From assembly GCA_010093815.1 (NCBI GenBank), contig ML996568.1: a DNA stretch of 63,891 bases; one strand, given 5' to 3'. Position 1 is the first letter of the stretch, and each line of letters starts with the position of its first letter. Below are positions 12,785-26,500 of the stretch, piece after piece. This DNA is from Pseudovirgaria hyperparasitica. Lineage: Eukaryota. The position numbers were made by a program, and so were the translations under genes. The notes below the pieces were generated by a model. It was not told where the DNA came from. It made no database searches and saw nothing but the letters and a program-made list of their open reading frames with translations.

Positions 12785-13602
12785 TCAACGCATCATTCCA
12801 TCGCGTCGTTCTATGGTGAAAAGCACGCAGGCGTCACTATCAACAGTAATTGAGTCTTCAACAACATGATTGCTCGTGCTAACTTGACCGCCCATGGAAG
12901 TCTCCCATCCAGTGACATTCCATTCCAGGCCCCGCGTGGAGATCTTAGCTGGACCATATAATGGGAGAATACCCACGTTTGGAGTGAAACAGATATGGTT
13001 TTGCGGCAGCAGAATCCTGTTAACTCCAGCTTTCAGGATAAAGGATATGCTAATGTCCGAGAATAGCCATATACGAAGCTCCGGGGTTCGCATGGCTTCT
13101 CGCATCATCTCATGCAACAATCCTATTGCATGATCCAGTCTTCCAGATAGTGAGCCCAGTAGGATGACCTCTTCTGTAGGACTTTGCCATGGCGACGAAA
13201 GGGCAAATCTCATACACTTGGCCAAGTCTGTGCTGTACTGATCTGCGTCTTCATGGATCTGCACGCCTTTCGTTGCGTAGAACTGTCGAACATCCTGTCG
13301 AAGAGAATCCAGATCCCCTACAATGGCAGTGGGTAACTATGCATTCGATTAATGCACGCGCTACGGAGAACGGGTCCATTTTGACGTACAAAGTCGGAGC
13401 GACGCCCCTGACATGCGCCTTCGAATAGATCGTGCAGGCGATTTGCCCCACCGTCAGCGCAAATCCAGGTTGATGCGTGTGTCCAGATCGCTTCAAAGGT
13501 ATCGCGCTGCTGGAGGGGCTGATTCAGAATGACGAGGCATCGATTTTCGATCTTGGAGTCTACAGATACCGGTTCGAGCAGTACGCCGGGTGTGTGGTCC
13601 AT
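12785..13602 (-). CDS. THI80: Thiamine pyrophosphokinase
   Basis: Exon 1 has LVILNQP and ICADGGANRL. After the intron (13337-13389), exon 2 has GDLDSL, DQYSTDLAK, GSLSGRLDH, TRGLEWN and VSTSN. Confidence 0.93.
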
Positions 13603-16119
13603 CGCATTCTGCTTTCAGATGCAAGAGCGAGGGCGTGCCAGTCGGTGTGGTTGGTGTGGTAATTGATTTATCCAAAAATCGCGATGGTAGTAGGGTGGGT
13701 TTAGTGAGTTATGCTAGCGTGCGGGAAGCTGGAGCAGCTCCCGTGGACACAGATGAGGCGAGGTGAGCAACGAGTGAAGGATTTTCGGGGAGACCGGATG
13801 AGCTGGAGGCGGCGGCGGCGACAAAAGGACAAGGACAAAAAAGCTTTGGGCTTCTTCTTCGACCCGCCCACCACCACACGAGAGGTACGAGATACCTAAC
13901 TGAATACGGGGCTGCATCTTCACCTGCACCTCATCTGCCAACCACTTGTAACATCTCAGGTGGATTCGAATATCCTGACATCACTTGTCGACAGGAGGGT
14001 CCGCGGGTATAGATGATCACGCCACCCCTTGTGCCAAGACTTTGACATCTCGTCTGCCCATCTATCTGGGGCAGTGGACCTACACATCTACCTCTGCCTC
14101 TGCTACCTACCAACATACTGTAATTACCATAGGCATAGGATAGGTACTCTACTAAAAGGTACACCCGTGCGTAGTATGGTACCTAATATGGGCTTCATGC
14201 ATCTGCCATGCATCTGCCCTCTGCGTGTACCTTTTGGATGCCCAGCCTCGGTCTAAGATCACCCGAGGTCGTCCCGGCATCGGTGAACGCTCGGTAGTAT
14301 CTAGGTAGGTTTGGACGTCAACAGTCAGTCAGCGGCACGGTTTGTTAGTAGTACCAAGTAGACATCATCGCCCTATGTTTCACTTTTGCGTTTGGGAGCT
14401 TTCGTCGTTTCTACCATCTTGTCCATCGTCGTCATCCGTGTTCTTGCTTGCAGGGAATCTTTTCCTGTGCAAGCAAGCAGGATCGCCAAAGCTCAATCCA
14501 GGTCCGATCTCTGCAGGCCAGCATTTGTCATTTCACCTGCAGTTTTATCTGCCACCAATGTACCCAGGAAGATCGACCTGTCTATCACTCACACATGCAG
14601 CCTTATGCTGATTCTGGAATGAGAGTCTGCACCCAGCCACTAAAGGAGCCTAGCTTGCCTTGCTTGCTGCGGCTATCTATCAACACTATACCATCGACCT
14701 ACTCCCCCGGCTTGGCCTTGTCTGCTACCTGTGTGTGCTGAGGTGTCTGGCACCAGCCGCTTGGCTCAGAATGTGGAGGAGTACTATGCTCTCACTGCTT
14801 CGATGCATCTGGTGGCTGATGGGGTTGCTGATGTCCCAATAACTCAAACTCTTCAGTGTCTTCGCCTATCAATCTTGCTGTCAGCATCGTTGCCGTATAG
14901 ATCGAACTGCAAGAGATGGTTTCGTAGTTTACTACAAGACTATCCGATACAGTCATAGGAGCACCTCTCCCTAGTCGAGACGTCTCTCTTTCCTTCCTTT
15001 TCAATCTCATGTGGCATAGGTACGAACGAGGTGCACCCATATATTTCACGCTACCTCATACTGCAAGAAAATTTCCGTATCACACACTATCGTCTCAAGC
15101 GTTTCTAGTCTTGTCGCCGCGGAAGCAGGTCGTAGAGAGCTGGTTCTTGTTCACCTATATCATCAACCTCCAGTGAGTCGTATGAACTTGCCAGCAGCGT
15201 TGTTGGCCTCGTCAGACCTATCATTCTGACGCAGGCACAGATCTAATATCACACCTTGTTACATTATCCCTATCCCTGTTCTCATCTCGTCTATTCGTTC
15301 GCCAACGAATACACGTCAATGTTAGGTCAGGTCTCTTGCTTCTTCTCGACATGGCGGGCCCACAGATCTGACTTGCATTTCCGCCACCTGGTCGATCGTG
15401 GCTTGGAGGACTAGCCTCTATACCCATGTAACGGTTCAGCTGCTAAGTAGCGAGCTTTGTGACGGCTGGGCGGAGTCATTCTGATTAAGTTCCCTGTTTA
15501 GGCGTAAAAAGAAAGCTGGCCGGGGGAATGAGACCGACATGCTGGAACTCGCACGATCTTCAATGCAGCTCACCAACGGCCCACCCGCTGTCAAGATGCT
15601 CCTCCCCTGCCCTTTAGCTGATTGGTGAGAGCTAGGTCATACCAGCCATGCATAAGTCTGAGTAGAAGCATCATTGCATAATGGTTTGCAGCAGGATGAG
15701 CTTGCGGATGTACAAATTCTCCAGCCCCGTGAGATCGTGCGACATTCCCTGCAGTATCTCCACGAACCCTGATAGAAGCTGCACCAGGCCTGCGTGCTGG
15801 ACCACTGCCAGCCAGCGTATACCGCGCCAGACGCCTAGTATGTTATTCAGGATATATATACGGCTCAACGACACGGATCCCCTCCCAGGGACGCTAGTTC
15901 ATCGTCTCCTCACGGGAAAAGCTGTTCATATACAATCTGTGCCTCCAATTCGTGCCCCTTTGACTTGACCCAGTACCTAGCCAAAGGCGAGAAGCATCTT
16001 GCGTGCTTTATTTGACACGCTGCTTACAGTGGACAGTACGTTGATTCATACAACTTCTCTTTATACTCTACTAATAGGTCAATAGCAACCTGAGCCAATA
16101 TAACCATATTGAATTTATC

Positions 16120-19100
16120 ATGGATCGCATTCGTAACGGCCGTATCGTCAAGGACAACGGCCTCATAGCCTGTCAACAATGTGCCACGGCAAAAGCGGGG
16201 TGTAACAAAGATCCTGTCAGTATTGTTACCATAGATTTAACTAATTCGGTGGCTCACCTCTCACCAGGAACAATGCTCAAGATGCAAAGCAAAAGGATAC
16301 GTGTGTCAGGTGCGACTAAGAAACGTTCGCGGGAACGGGTCGAAGAAAACTACAATCAACGATAAGGCCGCCAAAGCTCGCTATAATTGCGAGGCCACTA
16401 AGTCTCGCTTGTAAATAACACCGCACATATATTTAACGGAGTGTTGGCTGATTGTCCCAGTCACGAGACCTCACATATTCCTCGCCACGTTTCTACTCCA
16501 TTTCCCACTTCCTCGCCGTCGAGCAACTATAACTCGACACCTATGCACGATTCACCACAACTGGCCTGGACTGGACAATACTCACAACAGAGTGACGCTC
16601 AGATAGGCTCATTGGGTATGAGACAGGAATATGGATATCAAGTTGGGACTTTTGACGTCGGTCGCGAGCCCGAGCCCTATCCATCAAATCAGCAAGACTT
16701 AGCATCCTCATGGATTTCACAGGGTTCCTGGCCCATGGAAAGCTCTCCCACCACTCCATCGGACGCGTTCCCGGCCTACTATAACTATGGCTTGCAGCAC
16801 ACGCCTGTCACAATGAACGTAAGACTCGAGGGGCAAGGACAACCTGGAGTCTACGATGAAGCCCTGAGAGCACAAGGCGGGATATACGAGGGTCACAATA
16901 CTTCACCACCACCTGATTATACTATGGAATACGGGAACAACCAAAATATACAGATGAATGGAGCGTACCAAGATCTCACTGGCTTCGATCAGGGTCAATG
17001 CGGAACCTACATAGAACTTGATACTCCTCTCTTTGATACGCATACCCTCGGAAGTACTCCTCTGTCCACCTCGTCGTCATTTGGGACCACTTTTGCTGGA
17101 ACTACAGCATCACCGGGATCCACCCCTGAATTGTACCATCCGCATAACTTCTTCGACCAAAATTGGCAACATCCTTCTACTGTATACAGTCAGTTTCCCA
17201 CACCATTGTCATCGAGTGAAGAAGCCGCGGGCGCTGATGATACGCAGATGTATCAGCCGATGGACTCTATCTCCAGACTAGCGTCAGCAATGAAAGGTCT
17301 TCATGCATTACATGGCCTGGTCCCTATACCATCCTGCCGACTGCCTGTGTCCCTACGAATTGATGATCATATGCGATCTCAGTTGACTTGCACGCTCCAG
17401 AAGATGGCGCACACCATAACAAATAGAAAGCGTCTGCAAGGTCTCTTCAGCTACGACAATAGTGGTCTGATCCTACCCCCGTTGGACGTGCTTTCTCATC
17501 TACTGGACGGATATATGGCCAATTTTGAATTGTATTATCACATACAACCTTCGGAAATCATCAACACCGGCGAAAACGTTGCAGACGAGAATGACGCAGC
17601 CAGTCTCTTCTTGCTTTGTATGACCGTCGGTGCACTGGCTTCTAATGCATCTAATGTTGATACTATTGGGTTGGTAGATGGTATAGTGGAAGCTTGTCGA
17701 ACAGCGTTGTTCGAGACAAGAAGTACTTATTCATGTGACCTTACCCGACTACGAGCCGTGTTCTTGTTTTTGAGCCTGGCAGCCTGGGGAGCAGACAAGC
17801 AACAGAGAAAGGTACAACCAGGCACTCCATCACAACCGAAGTCCGATGTGTTTCTTGATGCTAATATGAGTACAGTACGCACGAGGTCAGCATGAGATTT
17901 ACCTGAACGTGAGCAAGCCTCAATCACATACGCATGAGCCATCTGCTAACTATATAAAAGTCTTTGCACAGAACTGGTCGCCTTGGAAAGGGGCAATTCG
18001 ATTATGCAACGGAGAGTCTCACAGACGTCGAAAGTGCCTACCGTCGCTGGCGAGAGCACGAAAGTAATAACAGGTAAGGTTCCATACTATTTTTAGGCTC
18101 CTAGGAGAGCTATGCTGATCACTACAACAGACTGGTGTACTCATGGATCGCCCTAGACCAAGAGCTCAACATGTTCCACGAGATCCCGACCACCAATGGT
18201 AAACCACCTGGTATGGGGATCCACGACATAAATGCCGCATTACCCCTATCAGACGAGTTCTGGAACGCCACAACACCCGAAGAATGGGCAACTCATATCT
18301 CTGGGAGACCGCATTCAGTTCACAGCTTGCACAGTTTATACATACAATTCAAACGAAATGGCCTCAGCCAGGAAGGACTCACACCGCTCCATCTTCGATT
18401 ACTCCTCTACCCATTACATCAGCAGGTCCAGTCGCTTTTGGAGACCATCGATCCGTTGAAAACGCGCCCCAAGTCACTAGGTGATAACCTCACGTCATTG
18501 CAAGCACAACGTCGCTTCCTCTCACAATGGTACGACCACGCCCAAAATCTACTTCAGTCACTCCACCGACAGGATCTCTGTGATGCTGTCCACGCAAGCG
18601 AAATCATGTACCATTTGATTACAATTAAAACCATCGCCCGGTTTGCGGATGCTAAGCGGCTTGCTAGCGGTGAAATACATGTTGAGCAGTTTATGCAGAC
18701 GTTCTGCATTTTTCCAGAAAAGCTTATGGCACTATACTATCACAGTGGGCAAGTACTGCGGATCTCGCGTACCATACAACCTCAGTATCGACCATTGTGG
18801 CTATCTGAAGCTGTTTATCGAGCGGGTTTGGTGTTATGGGCTGCCAGCATTTACACCAGCCGCGCCCAAAACCCGATTATCAGAACCGCAATGACTGACG
18901 AACCGATATATCTCAATGTGCTTCGCCCGGGGAGTGCGCAAGCCAGCGCCTACGAAAAATTCTGGCTCCATGGAGAAGGTCTTCAGAAGGGAGCTCCGAT
19001 GCTCCAAGTGGATGATGGCACGTCCTCTATCACAGTTGATGACCCAGCCCGTATCGTGAGTTACTGTGCCAACCTGGTTAGTAGTAGCTGTGGTCCCGGG

Positions 19101-19151
19101 TCACGGAGAATTGGGAAAGACTTAATGGCCTTAGCGGTCATGCATTTTTAA
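16120..19151 (+). CDS. Zn(II)2Cys6 fungal transcription factor, multi-exon
   Basis: The spliced cluster reads CQQCATAKAGCNKDP|EQCSRCKAKGYVC, followed by a long S/P/Q-rich linker and a fungal TF middle region (..RLVYSWIALDQELNMFHE..LPLSDEFWNA..). ORFs 16441-17895 and 18135-19151 join through GT-AG introns. Additional upstream exons are not excluded. Confidence 0.8.
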
Positions 19152-20642
19152 GCACTCATGTTCTGAAGGCATGCTGACACGCTGGGATGCATTGATGCCA
19201 TCTGCAACGTTATTCTCATCTGTAATATTATGATATCCAACCCTTTCGAAAGATTATGGCCATGGGTAGCGGTCGAAAATAATGAGGTAGCAAGAAAGTA
19301 ATCACATTGGCGTTATCGACACGATGACTCGTACGTGTCAAGCATATGTACGGATAGCCTGCCAAAAACCTGCCGTTCACATTCAAGACGTTGATATTGT
19401 CCAATAAGGTTCTCGCCCAAGTGATCTGCCGTCTGCCAGAGTGGCCTGTGTCATGACTTTCTGGGACATGGAATCGCAGCGCATGCTTGTATCTATTCGG
19501 ACCGATCGCTACAATAGCGCTATTTTCGGAAGTGAGAACTTGATCCGCAGATCTTGTGGTTGGCTAGTAAGAAACGGGCCGTTCCATAGCGCTGCCTGTG
19601 CATGTATGTCTGATGTACCTATCTATATAGTACCGTTATTGCGACGAGGCGACAGGCATTATTGGTCTGAGACCACAACCGGTGCATGGAACTATGTAAG
19701 ACATTGAGATGATGTGCAGATTCTGCTGCCTTTATTGGGTCCACCCAGAACGCCACTGGGAAAAGACAGGCACGGAAGATTTACTCATTTCAAATCAGGC
19801 CTTGCATATGCACGCCCATTCGCACACACATCGTGACACCATCCGGTGGCTAGATTGCCAGTGGCGGGTATAGGTGCAGGGAACTCGCGTGGCGACCATG
19901 TCATTGTGACTTATGGTCTGCATAGCAGTGTCTTTCCTAGCCGCTGGAAGCGCATGCATACCCCTGCTCCTAGACCATATTCAAACCCCACGGAAACAAA
20001 GTGCGAAGTTGTCATATGCATATGATCGGTGATTTTATTTTATTATGTGTACCATGCAGGGGGATGGATACGAGTCTTCTCTCTCTACTGACCGCCCCTA
20101 TACACACTACAAAACGTTGAAAAAGCATACATATGCTTGCGAAGCGGTTACAACGCAGTAGTAGTAGGCTGGCGGCTGTCCCGGCTTCGATTTGTGGCTG
20201 CGGATCGCACTCTTTCCGTCGTAAACCATACGCAGCTCTCGCCAGCAGGGGATCATATACTATGTACTATACATCAAAGAACTCGTTTCACAGTTGGGCA
20301 CAGTTCCAACCCAAAATGTGAAGAGAAACAACGGAATGCACAGTTGTGGTACGCACGCCAATTGGGTTTTCGTCCAGACGCGACAGCTCAGAGCAGCGGT
20401 CCGCGACCTCGGTAAACGCGGCGCGGGGTACCCAGGCCGTAGCATACATACTCTTCTTCTTTGACCATTCTGAGGAATTTACAATGTAGGTATATGAATG
20501 CAACATCGTCGTCGACAGATCACAACTATCTACTTCGTATCTGATTCGTTCCGCGATTCACATCCATTCTAAATCTAGTGAACGTGCTCCTGGAAGTAGT
20601 GCACATCTGATTATCCCTATCCTCACTGCAAAGTACGTTACC

Positions 20643-21782
20643 ATGCCTACCGCTCTATCTATCCGCCGGGTCGAAGGCAAGCCAGGCGAGGTTTACTACC
20701 CACTCGAGAAGGTCGCTCTGCCAGAACCAAACCCTTCAGACAGCGAAGTTGTCGTGCAACTCACTGCTGCAGCTCTGAATCATCGCGACCTCTTCATCAG
20801 GCAGCATCTCTACCCTGCCATCAGCTTTGGCACACCGCTTCTTGCCGATGGGTGCGGCGTGGTCGTCAAAGCCGGTCCTTCCCCTGAAGCACAGGGTTGG
20901 CTTCACAAGCGTGTGATTATCAATCCTGGGACGGGGTGGAAGGATGACCCAGACGGACCGGAAAGTCAAAAGGGTTATGCTATTTTAGGAGGCACGAAAC
21001 TAAACAATAAAGGTACTCTCGCGGAATGCATCACCATCGATGCTAGTGAGTTGGAAGAAGTACCTAGTCACCTGAGTGATGTTGAGGCTGCTGCACTTCC
21101 TCTTGCAGGTTTAACTGCATGGAGGGCCTTTGCGTCCAAAAGTGGAAACGCAGAGGCTGGGCGTAATATCCTGGTGACAGGTATCGGTGGAGGTGTAGCA
21201 TTGATGGTACTCATGTTCGCGAGCGCCGCTGGTTGCAACGTTTATGTCAGTAGTGGCGACGAAGCAAAGTTGACCAAGGCCAAAGATATTGGTGCTCAAG
21301 GGGGTGTGAATTATCGTGAAGATGGCTGGGAGAAGAAGCTCGTTGCGCAGCTGCCTCAACCCCGGAAATACCTAGACGCAATCATTGATGGTGCTGGTGG
21401 CAATATAGTCGAGAAGGGCATGCGTCTATTGAAGGTACGTACCTACATGGTTGGTTATTATGTTAGTGAGCTAATTTCAGTGTAGCCAGGTGGTATCATC
21501 TCCATGTATGGCATGACCACTGGTCCGAAGATGCCATGGGTGATGGGTGCGGTAATGAGAAATATCGAGCTTCGTGGTTCAACGATGGGGTCGCGCAAGG
21601 AGTTCGGCGATATGGTAGCATTCGTGAATAAGAAGAAGCTACATCCAATCGTGTCGCGCACTGTTCAAGGTCTGGATAATCTAGACGGCATCAATACACT
21701 ATTCGAGGATATGAAAAATGGAACACAGTTTGGGAAACTTGTAGTAGAAATCAGTACTTTAGAAATAGATAGTAAGCTATAA
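20643..21782 (+). CDS. Medium-chain dehydrogenase/reductase (zinc-binding ADH / quinone oxidoreductase-like) with C-terminal PTS1 (SKL)
   Basis: Motifs AAALNHRD, AAALPLAGLTAWRA, ILVTGIGGGVA, GSTMGS and QFGKLV are present. One intron at 21435-21485. The protein ends ..IDSKL*. Confidence 0.9.
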
Positions 21783-22013
21783 TATAGTATTCTTATAATA
21801 AGAGCTATATAGATAATAATAAAAGATATAGTACTCTTTAAAGATAGCTATTCTAAATATCTAGAGGTAGATATTATAAATAATAGAGATAAGAACTTCT
21901 TAATTATAGAGATAAGAGTATACCTTAGAAGAAGATAGTAGTATAGAAGGTATCTTAAATAAATAAAGACTAGGGGTATAATATATAGTATATAAAGTAT
22001 ATTTAATTAAAAG

Positions 22014-22072
<59 letters not shown>
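22014..22072. repeat. (AAT)n run, interpreted as the 3' tail of a minus-strand LINE (L0)
   Basis: Every other LINE or SINE 3' end in this window carries the same (AAT)n/(TTA)n tail. The run continues into the assembly gap. Confidence 0.75.
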
Positions 22073-22506
22073 NNNNNNNNNNNNNNNNNNNNNNNNNNNN
22101 NNNNNNNNNNNNNNNNNNNNNNNNNNNNNNNNNNNNNNNNNNNNNNNNNNNNNNNNNNNNNNNNNNNNNNNNNNNNNNNNNNNNNNNNNNNNNNNNNNNN
22201 NNNNNNNNNNNNNNNNNNNNNNNNNNNNNNNNNNNNNNNNNNNNNNNNNNNNNNNNNNNNNNNNNNNNNNNNNNNNNNNNNNNNNNNNNNNNNNNNNNNN
22301 NNNNNNNNNNNNNNNNNNNNNNNNNNNNNNNNNNNNNNNNNNNNNNNNNNNNNNNNNNNNNNNNNNNNNNNNNNNNNNNNNNNNNNNNNNNNNNNNNNNN
22401 NNNNNNNNNNNNNNNNNNNNNNNNNNNNNNNNNNNNNNNNNNNNNNNNNNNNNNNNNNNNNNNNNNNNNNNNNNNNNNNNNNNNNNNNNNNNNNNNNNNN
22501 NNNNNN
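22073..22506. other. Assembly gap (~434 N); a second 10-N gap lies at ~46867-46876
   Basis: Run of N characters. Confidence 1.
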
Positions 22507-23542
22507 NCTAGATTATTATCTATCTCTATATCTCTATTCTAAGTCTTATAAGACCTTAGTTATTCTCTATACTTTATCTTAGATATTTACTAATATTTAC
22601 TAATCTAAGATTTATATAAGCGTTTTTCTAATAAACTAGATTTATCTATTCTAAATTCTTATATAGGTAAGATTATCTAATTAGGCCTAGCGTATCACGT
22701 AGTATAATTAGATAAGCCTAGGTACTATCTATATTAAAATCTTTTCTTAGAAATATTCCTTTCCTTAAAAAACTTCTTAACTCTTTATAGAGTTTTTTAG
22801 ATTATTAGATATATTATCTAATTCTTATAGATATAGATTTATATAGATTTACTATAATTTAGTATAATTTATATAATTTACTAATTTTTATACCGTATTT
22901 AGCTAGTAATAGTAATAATTTATAATAATCTATATAAATTAGTAATAATTATAATATAGTTTCCTAAAATCTCGACGCTCTAAAGTAATTAGTATAGAAA
23001 TAGGCGCCTTTAAATAATCCCTATCTTATATACATTACTAATATATTAAAAGCTATTAATCTACTCTAACCTAGGCCGGGCTCTAATAATCTAGCTATAT
23101 ATTATTATAGTTATTACTTTCTATTATATATTACTTACGGTAGTACTAAATCTATAATATATAGTACTTATATAACTAAGAAGTATTATTACTTATAGGT
23201 ATTTAAATAAGTTCGAAGAACTTTATATAGATTTACTTATATTAGTATAGATTACTACTAGGCCTCTAGTAACCTCTACTAATAAGAAGTATAGTACTAC
23301 TAATTATAACGCCTTAGAGAAGGCTTTCTATAAGCTATATATCTAAGGTAAGAGTTACGCCTAGGAGTATAATTCTAATAAGATTTATAAGAATTTATTA
23401 GAATCTACTATAGCTATTATTACCGCGATTACTAGGTAATATTATTATTCTTAAATTATTATAGATTCTTACTAATATATATTAATCTCTATAATAGTAC
23501 TAAAATCTCTACTACTTTGGACTTCTTTCTATATACTAGTAA

Positions 23543-26500
23543 TGTTAGGACTTAGCCTTAGGCAGGACCCGACCTATATATACCTTAGCTAACAGGGTTA
23601 GGAGGTGACGTGAAGGGCGGTAAACAGTCACGTGCTAGATAGATCGGCGTCCCTTTATATATATACTCTCGGATTCCTACTAAAAGGGTTCGGTAGTAAT
23701 TCGTTCTATAATAGAATACACCCTATTATTCTATCTAGCTACACTACTATCTAACTACCCTATTCTTACATTCGAATTACTCCCTATATAGTACTATAGT
23801 TAAGATAGTCTAACTAGAACTAAGAAGGTCGACACGATCCACTATAGGGATAAGTAACACTACATTAAATAATAGGGATCCTCCATAATTGGTATTAAAT
23901 CCGGCCGTTCTTAATAGAGAAGTAGAGATATCCGACCGAATCACGGAACTTTCTAATAAGGAAATAGTAGATATACTAAGTAACTTTCTATAATAGGAAG
24001 CTGGACAACGAGTCGTGGTAGAGCTATACGAGGAATCGCAACCATTAATCGCCGAACTATAGGAGCATATTACTAATCAAGCCCGAGAGATATAGATCCT
24101 TAAAGAATAGACTAAACATACGAAACTCCTCGCAAAACGACGAGAACTTAACGAGTCTCTTAAAAGACTACGCGGAACGATAGTAGGTAGACGACTTCCT
24201 ACACTAATTTAGGCGGAATTAGTTCACCTACTATTAGAGTTACGATAATCCACCGTATACCCGGCCGCTTCGTTACCGATTTACCCTACTCCTTCCTTAG
24301 GTATACCAAAACCTAAAGATCCGACTATATTTATAGGGAAGAACTAAAAGGAGTAGAAAGATTAGAAGAGAGACTACGAGAAGTACTTCCTTAATAACCC
24401 TATGCTCTTTTCTACCGAAGTATAATGCATTTTATTCGGAGAACGTTACTTAGGTTTATAATCCCGCGATTAATAGGATAGATAGAAGGAAGTTAAGCTA
24501 CTATCGGCGACAACCTAGGAGCATTTAGCTATATTTATACTAAATACCCTCGGAACTAACGGAGAACGCGAAAGAAAGGCACTATCTAAGTTAAGAAGCG
24601 TGGCATAACGACCGAACTAGACACCTACTTAACTACTATAATACCTATAAAACCTCTAGGATAATATCCCTATACTATAGGAAAATATTCGTATATTCTA
24701 GTTTCGCGAAGTACTACTCCCGTTAATCCGCGAAAGATTAGGAATAGTATTATTAAGTTTTAACTATCTACACGAATTAGAGGAGAAAGCTAACGAATAC
24801 TACTATATCCTTAAGAAACGCGGCTCTCTAGGTAAAACCGACGAACCCTATACGGGTTAGAAACGAGGTCGATCGAATACGTTCGATTAAGAGTAACCTT
24901 ACCACGATTAACGCTAGAAGAGCGTAAATCGGGGTAGAAACGCGTTAAGAGGACACCGAAACAATTAAGGTGGTGGTTCCTAACGCGGAAAAGGATAAGG
25001 CACAGGCTTAAATATAACGCCTATCGTAAAATAGTAGGATCATAGCGCACTTTATTACTATAAGTGTAGAGAAAAGGGATATATTTCGCCTAACTATAAG
25101 AATCCGAAAAAAGAATAGGCTAGTACGCGAGATCTAACCGCGTTCTTAGCTAAATCATATATACTTAGAAGGAGCCGCAGCGCCTTCCGGCGAGTAAAGA
25201 CCTAATATTACTAAAAGTATCGTTACCTATAGTAAATGGTAATAAAACTATATAGGCCCTCGTGGATACTAGTATAGAAGATAACTATATTTCGTCGATT
25301 CTTGCTAAGGAGTGTAGATTATTATACGATCTCGGTAAAGTTGGCCGAACTATCGTAGTTAATGGATATAAAGTTAGAACTTTAGGTAAAACTATAACGA
25401 ATTACGAAGTTCATAACTTAAAGATAATAAAATAGTAGATATCTAATAAATTTATCGTGGCTAATATTAGCTAATAGAATATAATTCTAGGGATGCCTTA
25501 GCTTAAACGCCTAAACCTAATTCTCGATTTTTAGAAGGAGATATTAACGTTCCGTCGACATCGCGGTAAATTATACTAGTAAGTCGCAACCATTAGTAAG
25601 GAGGCATAGAACCTTGCCGTGCGGACCTAATCGTCGCTAATCTACCTTATATCCCTATCGATTATCGACGAAGACGAAGAGAATAGTAATAATCGGGGTA
25701 AAGACACGCTACCCGACGTATATTCGTAGTACACGGATATGTTTTCGGTAGGAGACGCGTTACTCCTCCCCGACCATAGGCCGTATAAGCTAAAGATTAA
25801 GCTCGAAGAGGGAGTAGACGTCCCTTATAGTCTACTTTATCTACTTTCGAGACTAGAACTTAAAGTTCTTTATAAATATATTAAAGAATATCTCGGAAGA
25901 GGCTAGATACGTTATAGTATGTTATTAGCCGGCGTACCTATTCTCTTCGTGAAGAAGAAAGACGGAAGTTTACGTCTATGCGTCGACTATCGAGCACTAA
26001 ATACGGTGACTAAGAAGAATCGTTACCTATTACCGTTAGTTAGTAAATCTTTAGACTAATTAACGAAGGTAAAGTACTTTACGAAGCTAGATTTACGAGA
26101 TATATATTACCGGCTTCGAATCCGTCGTGGAGATAAGTGGAAAACCGCATTTCGGACTAGATATAGTTATTTTAAGTATACTATTATGCCGTTTGGGCTA
26201 ATAAATACGCCAGGAGCGTTCTAAGGATACATTAATACTATACTTATAGGATTACTTAATGTAATCTACGTAGTTTACCTCGATAACATACTAATTTACT
26301 CCGATAGTATGTAGGATCATAAAGAATACGTGAAATCGGTACTAAATCGTTTAAGATAGTATAAACTCTACGTAAAGTTATCTAAATGTAAGTTTTACTA
26401 ATAAGAAGTTGGGTTTCTCGGCTTCATTGTAATACACGGCGGCCTTAAAATGGAGCTAGAGCGTGTTAAGACCATTATGGAATGGCTAGAACCTACTACT

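Noticed and set aside
12785..14300. TPP riboswitch associated with THI80
   Set aside because: No CTGAGA / ACCTGAT aptamer core was seen in the intron or upstream region.
14342..15968. Small secreted or Cys-rich protein genes between THI80 and the second TF
   Set aside because: The hydrophobic-leader ORF (14386) lacks an ATG, and I could not build a coherent spliced model or find a motif. A small gene is not excluded without RNA-seq.
4194..21782. Secondary-metabolite gene cluster
   Set aside because: There is no PKS, NRPS, terpene or DMATS backbone gene, and housekeeping KRE6 and THI80 lie between the TFs and the MDR.
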